Shown: in pieces, positions 8,805 through 19,887 of the stretch | Numbering within the stretch: position 1 is the first letter of the stretch | Layout: every line of letters starts with the position of its first letter | NCBI GenBank assembly: GCA_031409335.1 | Contig: JANNWY010000107.1 | Location: 1 to 33,562, forward strand | Length of the DNA: 33,562 nt | Reading direction: 5' to 3' | Origin: Chthoniobacteraceae bacterium | GTDB lineage: Bacteria > Verrucomicrobiota > Verrucomicrobiia > Chthoniobacterales > Chthoniobacteraceae | Position numbers and translations under genes: made by a program | Notes under the pieces: model-generated | Databases searched by the model: none | Told to the model about the DNA's origin: nothing | The model's input: only the letters and a program-made list of their open reading frames with translations

Positions 8805-11800
8805 TCATGGCACTGTGATTTCGATGCGCAGGAAGCGTTTTTCCGGGGCGCTGCTGAAGGGCACGTCGTCGCGCCAGACGGTGAGCACAGTTCCGTTCGG
8901 TTGCGGGGTCGTCCCGAGCGACATGGGGCCGGCGCTCCACGCGGCGAGGTCGTCGGAGCTTTTGGCGACGTGGGTCATGCCGGCGATGCCTTCGCGCAGG
9001 GAGCAGGTGATCCGCAGGTAGGTCTGCGAGTCGCCGGGGTCGGTATAAAGCGAGGCCGTTTGCACGGGGCGCGAGGCGGGATCGAGCGGCGCGCCGCCCA
9101 TGGTGAATTCGGCGGCATTGCGGAAGCCGTCGCCATCGGGATCGGCGTGGTCGCCCCAGAGCGTGGCTTCCAGCGCGGGATTGGCGAGGTCCGCGGCGGC
9201 GAAAACGTGGGCGCGCCAGCGGGCGATCGTCCATTCATCCGCCGCGCCGGGCACGCCGCCAGGGACGTAACTCGCGCGCCAATTCGTGGCGACGTATGGA
9301 TCGGGAGCCAGGGTTGGATTTACCAGCACGAGCGCCGCGCCGCTGCCATCCGCGGCGGTCGGCCATGGCGCGAGATCGTCGTACGTGAATTGCGCGATGG
9401 TCGCGCCGCCCGAGCCGAGCACGCGCACGAGATCGCCCGAGTTGTGAAGACTTCCCGCAAACGTGCCGGCGACCGGCAGCCCGGGGCCGTAGCGCATCGC
9501 TGCCGCGCCCGCATTTGCCACCACGAGCACGCGCGCGCCGGGCGCGAGTGAGGTGATCGCGGAGCCGCCGAAGGCGAAAGTCACCGCATCGCTGAGCGTG
9601 ACCGCGGTGAGATCGAGCCCGTTTGCGCCGATGTTCAGGAGTTCGATGTATTCAAACTGATCGTCCGTCGCGAATCCGGCGGTGATTTCCGCAGCGGTCG
9701 CCGCCGGCGGATTGTAGTGGAGTTTGCTCACCACGAGATTTGCGGAAGTCGCGGGCGGATAGATCGTGAACGCCGCCTCATCGAGCGCGGACCACACCGC
9801 GCCGCTGCTGCGAAAGCGAGCGCGGACGACCATCGGCGAATTCACCACGATCGGCCCGGCGTACAGCGTGCCAGCAGCCGCACCGCCGATCGCGCGCGGA
9901 TCGGTGCCATCGAGCGTGTAGTAAATCGTGCCCGTCTGTGCGCCCAGACTCAGCGCGAGCGAGTAACCCGGCGCGACCTGCCCGCCGCGTTGCGAGAAGG
10001 TGGGCGGATTGAAGTTCGGATAAAACCCGCGCGTCTTCAGCGCAGCGATCACCGTCGCCGCGCGCGATGGGAAAAAGTTCGTGCGGATATTCGCGAGGCG
10101 CGCGTTCCACTGCGCGAGCGTGTGATTCGTCGCACTCGTGCCCCAGCGCGTGCAGTCCGCAATCACAGCCTGCGCGATCAGCGCGGCGCGCGCGTCGAAA
10201 AGCGCCTGCGCTTTCGCGGAAGTCAGCGCCCCGCTGTTCAAGAGATGCTTTTGCGCCACGTCGGCGATTTTCAGTTTGTATTCCGCGTTGGTGGCGAGGT
10301 CTTCGTGGATCCACTCGGAGTTCGAGTAGGTGAAACTCGTGCGGTTCGCGCCGGTGGTCGTGTTGTTCGTCGCGCGCGCATTCACCCAGCTCGGCGCGAG
10401 CAGCGTGTGTTCGCAATCGTGCGGGAAAAAACGCCAGCCCGCGTCGGTCAGCCGGTTGCGCATTCCGCGCCAGTTGTTCGCGCGATTCATGCTGAGGAAA
10501 TTCGACAACGGCCCGTCGCCATCGCCCGTGTAGTAGTGCAGCACCATGTAGGTCGCGAGATGCTCCGGGTCCACATAGACCGGCATCGCGGGCACGCGCA
10601 CGCCGGTCGCATTGCGCCCGAGCAGCGCGAAATAATTCGCGTTCGTGGGGCTGGCGGCGCAGGCGCGGGCGAGATTCCACGTCTGCTGCCATGCGTCGAT
10701 GGTGCCGCTTCCGAGTTCGTAGGTGAACGCCGTGTGGTTCGAGGTTTGCACCACGTCGTAGTCGTCAGCCGCGCCGCCGAGATACGTGGCACCGTAATCC
10801 TCCTGCGCGCGCTCCTCCGTCATGTAGAGGCCCCAATACTGGCCATTCAGATAGACGTGATAGTAGCGCGAGCGCGTCGTCGCCTGGCCCATCGCGCCGA
10901 AGATGTCGCGGCAAAATGCCTCGCGCACCGCCGTGTTTTCCGTCCCGCCATCATTCGCCCACGAGTAGTTTTGCTCGCTGCGCAGGTCGATCGTCTGGAA
11001 CTCGTCCGCGCCCGCGGTGCCAAACAGCGGATGCGTCAGTTTTCCCTCGCCATATTGATTGCGGAAAAAGAACCGAAAGCTGTGCTTCGCGTACCCGTCA
11101 TTGCGACTATATCCGCCGCGGATGCGCAGCCCGCAGTTGATGTGAAAGCCGGGGCTGCCATCGGGATTGAGCAATTCCAGCGACGACGCGCGCTCCCACG
11201 CATCGCCTTTCAGCAGCGCGTTATTGTAAATGCCGGTCGTTTGATCCGTCAGATTCGGCTGGTCGGTGACGATCGAAAAACTCGGCACCTGATTGAGCGC
11301 GTTCGCGAGTTGTTGCGCGGTGTATTGCGCCTTCAGCGTCGCGTTGAAACCGTAGCGCATCGTCTGCCCGTTCAGCGACGCGGCACCTGCTGCCGGCCAG
11401 CCCGCGGGCGACGGGCCTTGGTTCGGCACGTCGGCGATGAACACATACGTCTGCGTGTCCGTATTCGACGACAGCAGCCCTGGGACAAACGCCCGCGCCC
11501 GCAAAACCCGGGTGGAATTCACCGTGAGCTGCCCGGTATAAACTGTGCCGTTCGTCTCGGTCGGCGTGCTGTTGTTCGTCGTGTAGCGGATCGTCGCGCC
11601 GGGCGTCAGGCACGTGATCGCGACCGTTTGCGGGGTGGTGAAAAAGCCGCGTTTCACGCTGAATTCCGTGTCCGCCACAAATCCGGTCACCGACGGCCCA
11701 TTCGCCGCGCCGGGCGTCGGGATCGGAAAAAACACCGCCGATCCCCCGCTCAATCCATACGCGATATTCGTCCGCTGCGGCGGATACGCGGGCGCGAATT

Positions 11801-13130
11801 CCGTCACGATCGCGCCGTCCGGTTGCTTCAGCGCGAGATATTCGCCGCCCTTTCCGAGACTGAACTGCGTGTGCAGCGGCGCGGCGGGATTCGTGCGGTT
11901 TTTGCCCGAGGCGAAAACGACTTTGTAGCCGCTGCCTTCGACCGGGACATTCGGGAAGGTCCACGTCTGCGTGCCGTCCACGATCTGCCAGCCCGCCGCC
12001 GAAACGGCGAAGGGGTTCGGGTTAAAAACCTCGATCCAGTCCTGCTTCGTCCCGTCTTCATCCGAAATGCTGGCATCGTTGTCCGCGAGGAATTCGTTCA
12101 AGACCAGCGGCTGCGTCGCGAGACCGATATAGACGGTGATGGGGCGCGTGACCGAGCCCGCGCCATTCGTCGCGGTGAGCGTGAAAGTCGTCGTGACCGT
12201 CGGCGAAACCGTGACCGATCCCGTCGCGCTCGCAGTGGGCGCGAGCGCGCCGTTGTCGATCGCGATCGTGTTTGCCGACCCGACATTCCACGCCAGCGTG
12301 ACCACCGCCCCCGCCGTGGACAGGACGCCCGTGCCCGCAGTCATCCCGCCCGCTTCAGCCGTGTAGCTGCTGATCACGGGCGTCGGCGTCGGGTACGGAT
12401 TTCCGGCGATGTTGTAGCGGTCTTGCAGATACCAGCCGACCCGGTCGATCCCCTCCGCCGTCAGCACGCCGTCATACACGATGATTTCGGCCACGCTGCC
12501 ATTCCAATACCGGCCGAGCGCCGCGCTCGCACTGCCGATCCAAAAGTTCGTGTAAACCTGATTCGTACCCGCCACCGCCATGACAATGTGCGGCGTGCCC
12601 GGCGTGTAAGTGCCGCTCGGGACTTTGTTCACAAACAGATTCCCCGTCGGCGATCCGACCCCGGAGAAGTCATTGGTGTCCTGCCCGGAAAGCGGCGAGC
12701 GATAGACATTCGACGTGCCGTTTCGCCGGATATTGAGCCCGTCGTCGCCGCGGGAAATCAGCCCAGCCAGGCTGACTGCGGCGCTTTCCCCCGTGACCAC
12801 CGCGAAAATCGTCCGCGCATTCACATTGGCAGCCGCACGAGTCATCACGTCATTCGTGCCATCGAAGCGGACGACCGGCTTGTTATTAAACCGCGCATCG
12901 CTGGTGATGAAAGTGGGCGCAGTCCCCGCCGCAGCCGTCATCGTTCCCCATGACGTGACGGCGCTGTTGTTCGCCTGGGAAAGCGAGTCGGCCACCAGCC
13001 GCAGCGTGATATTCCCGTAATCCGCCGGGTCGATACTCTGCGCTTTGGCAGGAAACTGAACGCAGGGCAAAACCGCGAGCAGGACAAGCAACCGGCGGAG
13101 CGAGTGAGGAAGGAGGGATAGGCTGAACAT
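8805..13130 (-). CDS. Secreted CotH-kinase family protein with lamin-tail and chitobiase/FN3-like domains
   Basis: Signal peptide, LamG-like N-terminus, LTD (LNEFLADN..DWIEVFN), IRYTTNNSTP, CotH core (GLRIRGGYSR, LNGQYWGLY, NNW, PHDCE), second LTD, C-terminal DPDGDG. Confidence 0.88.
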   Translation of the reverse strand: MFSLSLLPHSLRRLLVLLAVLPCVQFPAKAQSIDPADYGNITLRLVADSLSQANNSAVTSWGTMTAAAGTAPTFITSDARFNNKPVVRFDGTNDVMTRAAANVNARTIFAVVTGESAAVSLAGLISRGDDGLNIRRNGTSNVYRSPLSGQDTNDFSGVGSPTGNLFVNKVPSGTYTPGTPHIVMAVAGTNQVYTNFWIGSASAALGRYWNGSVAEIIVYDGVLTAEGIDRVGWYLQDRYNIAGNPYPTPTPVISSYTAEAGGMTAGTGVLSTAGAVVTLAWNVGSANTIAIDNGALAPTASATGSVTVSPTVTTTFTLTATNGAGSVTRPITVYIGLATQPLVLNEFLADNDASISDEDGTKQDWIEVFNPNPFAVSAAGWQIVDGTQTWTFPNVPVEGSGYKVVFASGKNRTNPAAPLHTQFSLGKGGEYLALKQPDGAIVTEFAPAYPPQRTNIAYGLSGGSAVFFPIPTPGAANGPSVTGFVADTEFSVKRGFFTTPQTVAITCLTPGATIRYTTNNSTPTETNGTVYTGQLTVNSTRVLRARAFVPGLLSSNTDTQTYVFIADVPNQGPSPAGWPAAGAASLNGQTMRYGFNATLKAQYTAQQLANALNQVPSFSIVTDQPNLTDQTTGIYNNALLKGDAWERASSLELLNPDGSPGFHINCGLRIRGGYSRNDGYAKHSFRFFFRNQYGEGKLTHPLFGTAGADEFQTIDLRSEQNYSWANDGGTENTAVREAFCRDIFGAMGQATTRSRYYHVYLNGQYWGLYMTEERAQEDYGATYLGGAADDYDVVQTSNHTAFTYELGSGTIDAWQQTWNLARACAASPTNANYFALLGRNATGVRVPAMPVYVDPEHLATYMVLHYYTGDGDGPLSNFLSMNRANNWRGMRNRLTDAGWRFFPHDCEHTLLAPSWVNARATNNTTTGANRTSFTYSNSEWIHEDLATNAEYKLKIADVAQKHLLNSGALTSAKAQALFDARAALIAQAVIADCTRWGTSATNHTLAQWNARLANIRTNFFPSRAATVIAALKTRGFYPNFNPPTFSQRGGQVAPGYSLALSLGAQTGTIYYTLDGTDPRAIGGAAAGTLYAGPIVVNSPMVVRARFRSSGAVWSALDEAAFTIYPPATSANLVVSKLHYNPPAATAAEITAGFATDDQFEYIELLNIGANGLDLTAVTLSDAVTFAFGGSAITSLAPGARVLVVANAGAAAMRYGPGLPVAGTFAGSLHNSGDLVRVLGSGGATIAQFTYDDLAPWPTAADGSGAALVLVNPTLAPDPYVATNWRASYVPGGVPGAADEWTIARWRAHVFAAADLANPALEATLWGDHADPDGDGFRNAAEFTMGGAPLDPASRPVQTASLYTDPGDSQTYLRITCSLREGIAGMTHVAKSSDDLAAWSAGPMSLGTTPQPNGTVLTVWRDDVPFSSAPEKRFLRIEITVP

Positions 13131-13202
13131 CGGGGTGGCGGGACGATAGCGAAGAGTTCCCAAGTCTCAACCGCGACCATCCCCGAAGTCCGCCGCGATC
13201 GC

Positions 13203-14543
13203 CTAGCTCACGGCGGCGAGTTCTTCGAGCAGCGCGCGGTTCAGGCGGATGCCGGCGAAGAAGTTTTCGAGCGGGAAGTTTTCGTTCGGCGCGTGCGCGC
13301 GGCAATCGGGGAGCGCGAGGCCAAGCAGCAGCGTCTCCGCGCCGAGCACGCGCTTGAAAGTATTCACGATCGGGATGCTGCCGCCTTCGCGGATGAGCGC
13401 CACGTCTTTGCCGGGAAACGCTCGCTGCAAAGCGCGGCGCGCGGCGAGACCGTCGGGTGAATTCGGATCGGTGACGTACGGCTCGCCGGAATGGCCGGTC
13501 TTGATTTCCAGCTTCACGCCGCGCGGGCAATGCGCCTGCAAATGCGCGCTCACTTTCGCCAGCACTTCCGCGGGCTGCTGCGGCGGCACGAGCCGGAAAG
13601 TCAGTTTGGCAAAGGCTTCGCTGGGCAGCACCGTCTTCGTGCCGGTGCCCTGAAAGCCGCCGCCGATGCCGTTCACTTCGGCGGTCGGACGCGCCCAAGT
13701 TCGCTCAATGCTCGAGTATCCGGCCTCGCCGAAAAGCTCGCCCGCGCCGCTGACTTTCAGAATGTCCGCATCGCCAAACGGCAGCTTCGCCCACGCCTCG
13801 CGTTCCCATGTTTCCAGCGGCGGAATGCCATCGTAAAATCCCGGCACCGCGACCCGTCCCTCGTCGTCGTGTAGCGTCGCGATGAGTCGCGCGAGCGCCG
13901 TCACCGGATTCATCACCGCGCCGCCGTAAATGCCCGAGTGCAAATCGCTCGAAGGCCCGATGACTTTCACCTCCATCGCCGCGATCCCGCGCAGCCCGTA
14001 GGTGAAAGTCGGCACGCCGAGCCCGACCATGCCCGTGTCCGAAATCGCGATGAGATCGCAGCGCAATTCCTCACGGTGCGTGTGTAGGAATTCCTCCAAA
14101 TGCTCGCTCCCGATTTCCTCCTCGCCCTCAATCAGCAAGATCAAATTCACCGGCAGCTCACCCTTCTCGCGCAGCGTCTCTTCGATCCCCAGCACATGCG
14201 CGAAGTGCTGTCCCTTGTTGTCCGCCGAGCCGCGCGCGAAGACGTATCCATCCGCAATGCGCGGCTCGAACGGCGGCGAATCCCACAGCGCCACCGGATC
14301 GACCGGCTGCACATCGTAGTGCCCGTAAATCATCACCGTCCGCCGGCCAGGCTTGTGCTCGTTTTTCGCGATCACGATCGGATGCCCCGCCGTCGGATGC
14401 AGCGTTGTCATCAGCCCAATCGCGCGCAATTTCGCCACGATCCAATCCGCGCACGCCGCCACATCGGCCTTGCGCTCGGGATCGGTGGAAACGCTGGGAA
14501 AACGAAGGTAGGCGAGGAATTCGTCGAGCTGGTGCTGATTCAT
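13203..14543 (-). CDS. M20/M25/M40 family metallo-dipeptidase
   Basis: [31 protein letters not shown] and HAPNE motifs. Confidence 0.93.
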   Translation of the reverse strand: MNQHQLDEFLAYLRFPSVSTDPERKADVAACADWIVAKLRAIGLMTTLHPTAGHPIVIAKNEHKPGRRTVMIYGHYDVQPVDPVALWDSPPFEPRIADGYVFARGSADNKGQHFAHVLGIEETLREKGELPVNLILLIEGEEEIGSEHLEEFLHTHREELRCDLIAISDTGMVGLGVPTFTYGLRGIAAMEVKVIGPSSDLHSGIYGGAVMNPVTALARLIATLHDDEGRVAVPGFYDGIPPLETWEREAWAKLPFGDADILKVSGAGELFGEAGYSSIERTWARPTAEVNGIGGGFQGTGTKTVLPSEAFAKLTFRLVPPQQPAEVLAKVSAHLQAHCPRGVKLEIKTGHSGEPYVTDPNSPDGLAARRALQRAFPGKDVALIREGGSIPIVNTFKRVLGAETLLLGLALPDCRAHAPNENFPLENFFAGIRLNRALLEELAAVS

Positions 14544-14599
14544 CGGCAGATGTTACGCAAGTCGGCGTGCCGCCGCAAAGTCCGCAGACCGATTGACGC

Positions 14600-14616
14600 T
14601 TGGCACGGCTTTAGCA
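14600..14616 (+). promoter_or_regulatory. Putative sigma-54 (-24/-12) promoter
   Basis: TTGGCACGGCTTTAGCA has GG-N10-GC spacing and one mismatch to YTGGCACGRNNNTTGCW. It lies 17 bp upstream of the ATG at 14634. Confidence 0.4.
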
Positions 14617-14633
14617 ACTCTCGCGGCCTGCTC

Positions 14634-15476
14634 ATGGACATTCGCAAGGCTCTCATCACCGCCGCTGGCAAAAACCAGCGCACGCTGCCGCTGCAATCGC
14701 TCGTCGATCGTGACGGCGTCACAAAAACCGCGCTCGCCATCATCATCGAGGAAATCCTGCGCGCGGGGATCGAGACGATCGGCGTCGTCATCAGCCCCGG
14801 CGATGCGGAGCCGTATCGCGCCGCGGCGGGGAAACACGCTGAGCGGCTGACGTTCATCGAGCAGCCCGCGTCGCTCGGCTACGCGCACGCGGTGCATTGC
14901 GCGGCGGAGTTTTGCGGAAACGATCCGTTTCTCCTGCTCGTTGGCGATCACTTGTATTTGAGCGCCACGGAGAAGGGCTGCGCGCAGCAGCTCGTGGAAA
15001 TCGCGCGCGCGGAAAACTGCGCGGTGTCGGCGGTGCAATCGACGCACGAAAGCAAGCTGCCGTACTACGGCGCGATCGGCGGCAAGCTCGTGAACGCCGC
15101 GCAGCGCCTTTACCAAATCGAAGCCGTCCTCGAAAAACCCACGCCGACGGAAGCCGAACAAAAGCTCACCGTCCCCGGACTCCGCGCGGGCTACTACCTG
15201 TGCTTTTTTGGAATGCACGTCCTCACGCCCGCCGTGCAGCGCATCCTCGGCGAACTGCTCGCCGCCGCGTCGGGCCACGAGAATTCCGTGAATTTTCGCG
15301 CCGCCGTCGCCCGCCTCGCCACGCAGGAGCGATACCTTGCCTGCGAACTCGACGGACGCCGCTACGATTTCGGCGTGAAATACGGCCTGCTCACCGCGCA
15401 GCTCGCGCTCGCCCTTTCCGGCAAGGAACGTGACGAGGTGCTGCGCGGTTTAGTTGAGTTGCTCGCCACCCGATGA
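14634..15476 (+). CDS. Sugar-phosphate nucleotidyltransferase (GalU/UTP-glucose-1-phosphate uridylyltransferase-like)
   Basis: [31 protein letters not shown] and RYDFG motifs. Confidence 0.85.
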   Translation: MDIRKALITAAGKNQRTLPLQSLVDRDGVTKTALAIIIEEILRAGIETIGVVISPGDAEPYRAAAGKHAERLTFIEQPASLGYAHAVHCAAEFCGNDPFLLLVGDHLYLSATEKGCAQQLVEIARAENCAVSAVQSTHESKLPYYGAIGGKLVNAAQRLYQIEAVLEKPTPTEAEQKLTVPGLRAGYYLCFFGMHVLTPAVQRILGELLAAASGHENSVNFRAAVARLATQERYLACELDGRRYDFGVKYGLLTAQLALALSGKERDEVLRGLVELLATR

Positions 15477-15491
15477 GGCGCGCACAGAGAT

Positions 15492-15657
15492 TTCCGGGTA
15501 GCACGCTCGTCCCGGGCGTTGGTCTCGGCGTCTCGCCGAGACGAACTTTCTGCACCGTCCTTTCGTCTTCACGCGCTTGTCCCGCTGCAACGCTGCCGGG
15601 AAGTCCGTCTTCGCGGGACGCCAAGACCAACGCCCGGGACGAGCGTGCTACCCGGAA
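15492..15657. repeat. GTAG-type REP/REPIN inverted-repeat element
   Basis: TTCCGGGTAGCACGCTCGTCCCGGGCGTTGGTCT / AGACCAACGCCCGGGACGAGCGTGCTACCCGGAA form perfect arms with internal hairpins. Intergenic within a probable operon. Confidence 0.85.
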
Positions 15658-15684
15658 CTCGCTGCCACCCGCATTTTGCCAGCC

Positions 15685-18600
15685 ATGTCTCTCTCACTAA
15701 TCGACCTCATCACGTCGCCCGAGGACGCCACCCGCAATCGCTCGCTCGACGAAATCTGCGCAGCAATGTCATTCGGGGATTTGCTCGCTGAATGCGACGC
15801 GCTCGACGCCTTTCGCGACCGCAGCGAGAACTTGTACGAGCGCGTCCGCGCGCTGTTTTTTCTCTACGCGATCCACCGTTTCCATCTGCCGTCCCGCGCG
15901 GAGTTGAGCGCGAGTGGAAAGATTCCATTTCGTGGCTACGAGCAGTTGCTCCACCGCCGTTTCGAGGAAGCGATCGACATTTTTTCCGCAGCGCAAAAGG
16001 CCGACGGGCCGAGCGATTCGCTGAGCAGCGCGCTCGCCGCCGCGTATCACCGGCTCGCTTTTCAAACGCTCGCGGATCAAGTCCGGCGCAGCGTCCGCAC
16101 GGTGCGCGGGAATCAGTGGATGTTTCGCATGGGCCACCCGAAAGATCAGCCGCTGCGGCTCCGGCGCGAGTTGCTCCAGCCCGCGGCGGACGGCTCCTTC
16201 CCGATCCTCCGCGAGCGCACGCCGGTGCGCATGGACCTCACGCACTCGGCGTGGAGCGACATCTTTTTTCTCGGCATGGATTTTCCCGAAGGCGCGCGGG
16301 TGCTGAATGTCTCCGTCGATCTCGGCGTGCATGGCCGCGACACCACCACGCAGCCGCCGGTGAGCGCGTGGCTGCGCGTGATCGAGGAGCCGGTGCTGCG
16401 GCTGGTGAGCGTCGATCTGAATGCGCGCGCGGACATTTCGCAGCTCTCGGAAGTGTTCGATTTCGCGAAGGATTATCTCGGCCTTTTGAAAGCCGCCGTC
16501 ATCGCCTCCGGCGTCGTCCCGCCGGGCATCGAAGGCTCGGGTCAGTCCCTCGGCGATCTGCTCGCGGAGATGCTCGGGCCGGGCCGCGGGCTCGAACTCG
16601 TCTCGTCCGTGAATGACATCCCGAAAGGCTCGCGCCTCGCCGTTTCCACCAATCTGCTCGCCGCGCTCATCGGCGTGTTGATGCGCGCGACGGGCCAGGC
16701 CGAATCGCTCACCGGGCCTTTGCAGGAAAGCGAACGCCGGCTCGTGCTCGCGCGCGCGCTGCTCGGCGAATGGATCGGCGGCAGCGGCGGCGGCTGGCAG
16801 GATTCGGGCGGCGTGTGGCCGGGCATCAAGCTGATCGAGGGCGTCGCGTCGCAGGCGGGCGATCCCGAGCACGGCATCTCGCGCGGGCGCTTGATGCCGA
16901 CGCATCACGTTTATTCGCGCGAAGAGATTCCGCAGGAAGCGCGGCAGCGATTGCAGGATTCGCTCGTGCTCGTCCACGGCGGCATGGCGCAAAATGTCGG
17001 GCCGATTTTGGAGATGGTGACGGAGAAATATCTGCTGCGTTCCGGGGAAGAATGGAAGGGGCGGCAGGAGGCGCTCGGCATTCTCGGGCAAATCCTCGAC
17101 GCGCTCCGTGATGGCGACATCGCGCGAGTCGGCGCGGTCACGACGCGCAATTTTCAAGGGCCGATCCAGACGATCATTCCGTGGGCCTCGACGCATTACA
17201 CCGAGCGGCTCATCGAGCAGGTGCGCACGGAATTCGGCGCGGATTTCTGGGGCTTTTGGATGCTTGGCGGAATGAGCGGCGGCGGCATGGGATTCATCTT
17301 CGCGCCCGCGCGAAAAGCGGAGGCGCAGCAGCGGCTCGCGGAAATCATGAGCGCGACGAAACGCGAATTGCAGCACGCGCTGCCGTTCGCGATGGAGCCC
17401 GTCGTGTACGATTTTGCGATCAATGAAAACGGCACCTTCGCCGATCTGCTCGACGGCGCGGACGCGCTGATGCCTGCCGGATATTATTCGCTCACTGTTC
17501 CCGATCTTTTGCGAAAAGACCGGCGTGACCTTTCGCCGCTGCGCCGCACCGAGCTGGATAAATTCGGAGCCGCCTGTCGCACGAAGCCCGAGCTGCGTGG
17601 CGTGGTGCAGACGCTTTTCGACGCCATGTTTCCGCGCGGAAAAGCCGAGAGCGCGGGCGATGAAAGCCTCGCGGCACTTCTCGCTGCCAACGGTTTCGAC
17701 GCGCGTCTGCACGAGCAAATCCGCGCGCAACTCCGCGAAGGCCGCATTGGCCTGGCGCAAAGCCGCCTGCCGGCCAACTCCGTGATCGAGGACGTGCAAC
17801 CGGGGGACGTGAGCGAAGTAGGGCAGGTGCCCCGCCTGGCAGAAAGTCCGGCGGGCGCCCCGCCCGCCAATCATACGGGCGAGGCGCCCGCGGGACAGAC
17901 GACAGGCGGGGCGCCTGCGCTACTTCCTGTCCGCTTCCAAGCCTTCGACCCAAAGCAAACCGTTACGATCACGCATCGCCGCATGCCCCACTGGCGGCAA
18001 AGCGGCGCGACGTATTTCATCACGTTCCGCCTTGCCGACTCCATCCCCCTGGAAATCCTCCGCGCCCACCAGCAGGAACGCGCCGACTTTTTCCAAAAGC
18101 TGCCGTCGAACGCGAACCGGCAGCAGCGCGAGGAGATGGAGGAATTCTTCCGCGAAAAAATGGAGCAGGAACTCGATCGCGGCCTCGGCTCCTGCGTCCT
18201 GCGGGAGGCGCGCGCCGCGGATGTGGTCGAGGAAACGCTGCGAAAATTCGATGCCGACCGTTACCAGCTCGGGACTTACGCGATCATGCCGAATCACGTG
18301 CATGTGCTGGTTAGTCCGCTCGGCGAGCACGATCTCGCGGGCATCATGCACTCGTGGAAATCGTTCACGGCGAAAGCGATCAACCGCCTGCTCGGGCGCA
18401 GCGGAGCGGTGTGGCAGGAAGAGAGCTTCGATCACATCGTGCGGGACGAGCAGCAGCTTCGGAAGTTCGCGGATTATATTGAGAACAATCCGGTGAAAGC
18501 GGGACTACCGCCAGGGGCGGCGCGTGTGGGAATCGGAAGTAGCGCAGGCGCCCCGCCTGCCGACCGTCCGGCGGGCGCCTCGCCTGCACGAACTGCGGGC

Positions 18601-19812
18601 GGGGCGCCCGCGGGACTTTTGGCAGGCGGGGCGCCTGCCCTACTCTGCGGGCTCGCCGCCCTCAAAAATGGCGAAATCGCCGTCGTCACACTCGCCGCTG
18701 GCGCGGGCTCGCGCTGGACGCAGGGCGCGGGCGTCGTGAAGGCGCTGCATCCATTCGCCAAGCTTGCCGGACGCCACCGCACTTTCCTCGAAACGCACCT
18801 CGCAAAATCGCGCCGCATCGCGCGCCTGTGCGGCACGCCGCTGCCGCACATTTTCACCACGAGCTACCTCACGCACGAGCCGACGGCCGCGTTTCTCGAA
18901 AAGCAAAACCACTACGGCTACGAAGGCCCGCTCCTGCTTTCGCGCGGCAAAAGCGTCGGCCTGCGCATGATCCCGACCGAGCGCGATCTGCGTTTCGCGT
19001 GGGAGGAAATGCCGCAGCAGATGCTCGACGAGCAGCAGCAAAAAGTCCGCGACAGCCTGCGTGCGGCGCTCATCGGCTGGGCGCGCGGTGCGGGCGAGGC
19101 GGACGACTACACCGACAATCTCCCGCTGCAATGCCTGCATCCCGTCGGCCATTGGTTTGAAATCCCGAACCTCTTCCGCAACGGCACGCTCGCCCAACTG
19201 CTCGCGACGCAGCCCAACCTAAAATACCTGCTCCTGCACAACATCGACACGCTCGGCGCGGACGTTGACCCCGCGCTGCTCGGGCATCACATCGAGAGCG
19301 GCGCGTGCCTCACCTTCGAAGTCATCGCGCGTCGGCTTGAAGATCGCGGCGGCGGACTCGCCCGCGTGAACGGCCGCCCGCGCCTCGTCGAAGGGCTCGC
19401 CATGCCGCGCGAGGAAATCGAATTCGACCTCACCTACTACAACACGCTCACCACCTGGATCGCGCTCGATCCGCTGCTCGCTGCCTTCGACCTCACGCGC
19501 GAAGACTTCGCGCCCGGCGCGGACAGTGACGAAAAGATCACCACCGCGATCCGCAACCTCGCCGCGAAGATGCCCACCTACATCACGATCAAGGAAGTGA
19601 AAAAACGCTGGGGCCACGGCCAGGAGGACATTTTCCCGGTCGTGCAATTTGAAAAACTCTGGGGTGACATGACCGCGCTGCCCGAGATCGACAGCCGCTT
19701 CATCGTCGTCCCGCGCCGCCGCGGGCAGCAGCTCAAAGATCAGGCGCAACTCGACGGCTGGCTGCGCGACGGCAGCGCCGCGCACGTCGAGACGTTGTGC
19801 GCGTGGGAGTGA
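15685..19812 (+). CDS. GHMP-like sugar kinase / UDP-sugar pyrophosphorylase (UDPGP-like) fusion containing an in-frame Y1 transposase insertion
   Basis: Kinase motifs [22 protein letters not shown] and GGMSGGG. Pyrophosphorylase motifs [19 protein letters not shown] and QFEKL. Continuous 1375 aa frame from ATG 15685. Confidence 0.85.
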   Translation: MSLSLIDLITSPEDATRNRSLDEICAAMSFGDLLAECDALDAFRDRSENLYERVRALFFLYAIHRFHLPSRAELSASGKIPFRGYEQLLHRRFEEAIDIFSAAQKADGPSDSLSSALAAAYHRLAFQTLADQVRRSVRTVRGNQWMFRMGHPKDQPLRLRRELLQPAADGSFPILRERTPVRMDLTHSAWSDIFFLGMDFPEGARVLNVSVDLGVHGRDTTTQPPVSAWLRVIEEPVLRLVSVDLNARADISQLSEVFDFAKDYLGLLKAAVIASGVVPPGIEGSGQSLGDLLAEMLGPGRGLELVSSVNDIPKGSRLAVSTNLLAALIGVLMRATGQAESLTGPLQESERRLVLARALLGEWIGGSGGGWQDSGGVWPGIKLIEGVASQAGDPEHGISRGRLMPTHHVYSREEIPQEARQRLQDSLVLVHGGMAQNVGPILEMVTEKYLLRSGEEWKGRQEALGILGQILDALRDGDIARVGAVTTRNFQGPIQTIIPWASTHYTERLIEQVRTEFGADFWGFWMLGGMSGGGMGFIFAPARKAEAQQRLAEIMSATKRELQHALPFAMEPVVYDFAINENGTFADLLDGADALMPAGYYSLTVPDLLRKDRRDLSPLRRTELDKFGAACRTKPELRGVVQTLFDAMFPRGKAESAGDESLAALLAANGFDARLHEQIRAQLREGRIGLAQSRLPANSVIEDVQPGDVSEVGQVPRLAESPAGAPPANHTGEAPAGQTTGGAPALLPVRFQAFDPKQTVTITHRRMPHWRQSGATYFITFRLADSIPLEILRAHQQERADFFQKLPSNANRQQREEMEEFFREKMEQELDRGLGSCVLREARAADVVEETLRKFDADRYQLGTYAIMPNHVHVLVSPLGEHDLAGIMHSWKSFTAKAINRLLGRSGAVWQEESFDHIVRDEQQLRKFADYIENNPVKAGLPPGAARVGIGSSAGAPPADRPAGASPARTAGGAPAGLLAGGAPALLCGLAALKNGEIAVVTLAAGAGSRWTQGAGVVKALHPFAKLAGRHRTFLETHLAKSRRIARLCGTPLPHIFTTSYLTHEPTAAFLEKQNHYGYEGPLLLSRGKSVGLRMIPTERDLRFAWEEMPQQMLDEQQQKVRDSLRAALIGWARGAGEADDYTDNLPLQCLHPVGHWFEIPNLFRNGTLAQLLATQPNLKYLLLHNIDTLGADVDPALLGHHIESGACLTFEVIARRLEDRGGGLARVNGRPRLVEGLAMPREEIEFDLTYYNTLTTWIALDPLLAAFDLTREDFAPGADSDEKITTAIRNLAAKMPTYITIKEVKKRWGHGQEDIFPVVQFEKLWGDMTALPEIDSRFIVVPRRRGQQLKDQAQLDGWLRDGSAAHVETLCAWE
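17815..17926. repeat. Left REP cluster (four palindromic units, GTAG...CTAC)
   Basis: GAAGTAGGGCAGGTGCCCCGCCTG ... CAGGCGGGGCGCCTGCGCTACTTC, translated in frame as EVGQVPRL...GGAPALL. Confidence 0.9.
18536..18644. repeat. Right REP cluster (four palindromic units), inverted relative to the left cluster
   Basis: GAAGTAGCGCAGGCGCCCCGCCTG ... CAGGCGGGGCGCCTGCCCTACT. Confidence 0.9.
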
Positions 19813-19887
19813 TTTCCGATCGCGCAGCGGACTGGACGGAAACTCAAAAGCAGCGATTCTTCGCCCTCGAAGCCTCCCCATCTTAGC

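Larger units (their letters stand above)
17815..18645 (+). mobile_element. REP-flanked RAYT-like (HUH Y1 transposase) element inserted in frame
   Basis: [23 protein letters not shown] motif IMPNHVHVL (His codons at 18295 and 18301), [16 protein letters not shown], catalytic Tyr in YIENNP (18475). Bracketed by palindrome clusters. 831 bp = 277 codons. Confidence 0.9.

Noticed and set aside
9717..12953. 1078 aa plus-strand ORF
   Set aside because: Antisense shadow of the CotH gene. Arg-rich, no motifs, expected from high-GC codon bias.
14100..15684. N-terminal extensions in the ORF track (starts at 14100 and 15577; similarly 2295, 24164 and 31462)
   Set aside because: The extensions overlap opposite-strand genes, repeats or upstream non-coding DNA. 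Family homology begins at downstream ATGs.
17815..18645. Intein or self-splicing intron explanation for the insertion
   Set aside because: No Hint-domain blocks, no terminal His-Asn before Cys/Ser/Thr, and no group I/II intron hallmarks recognised.
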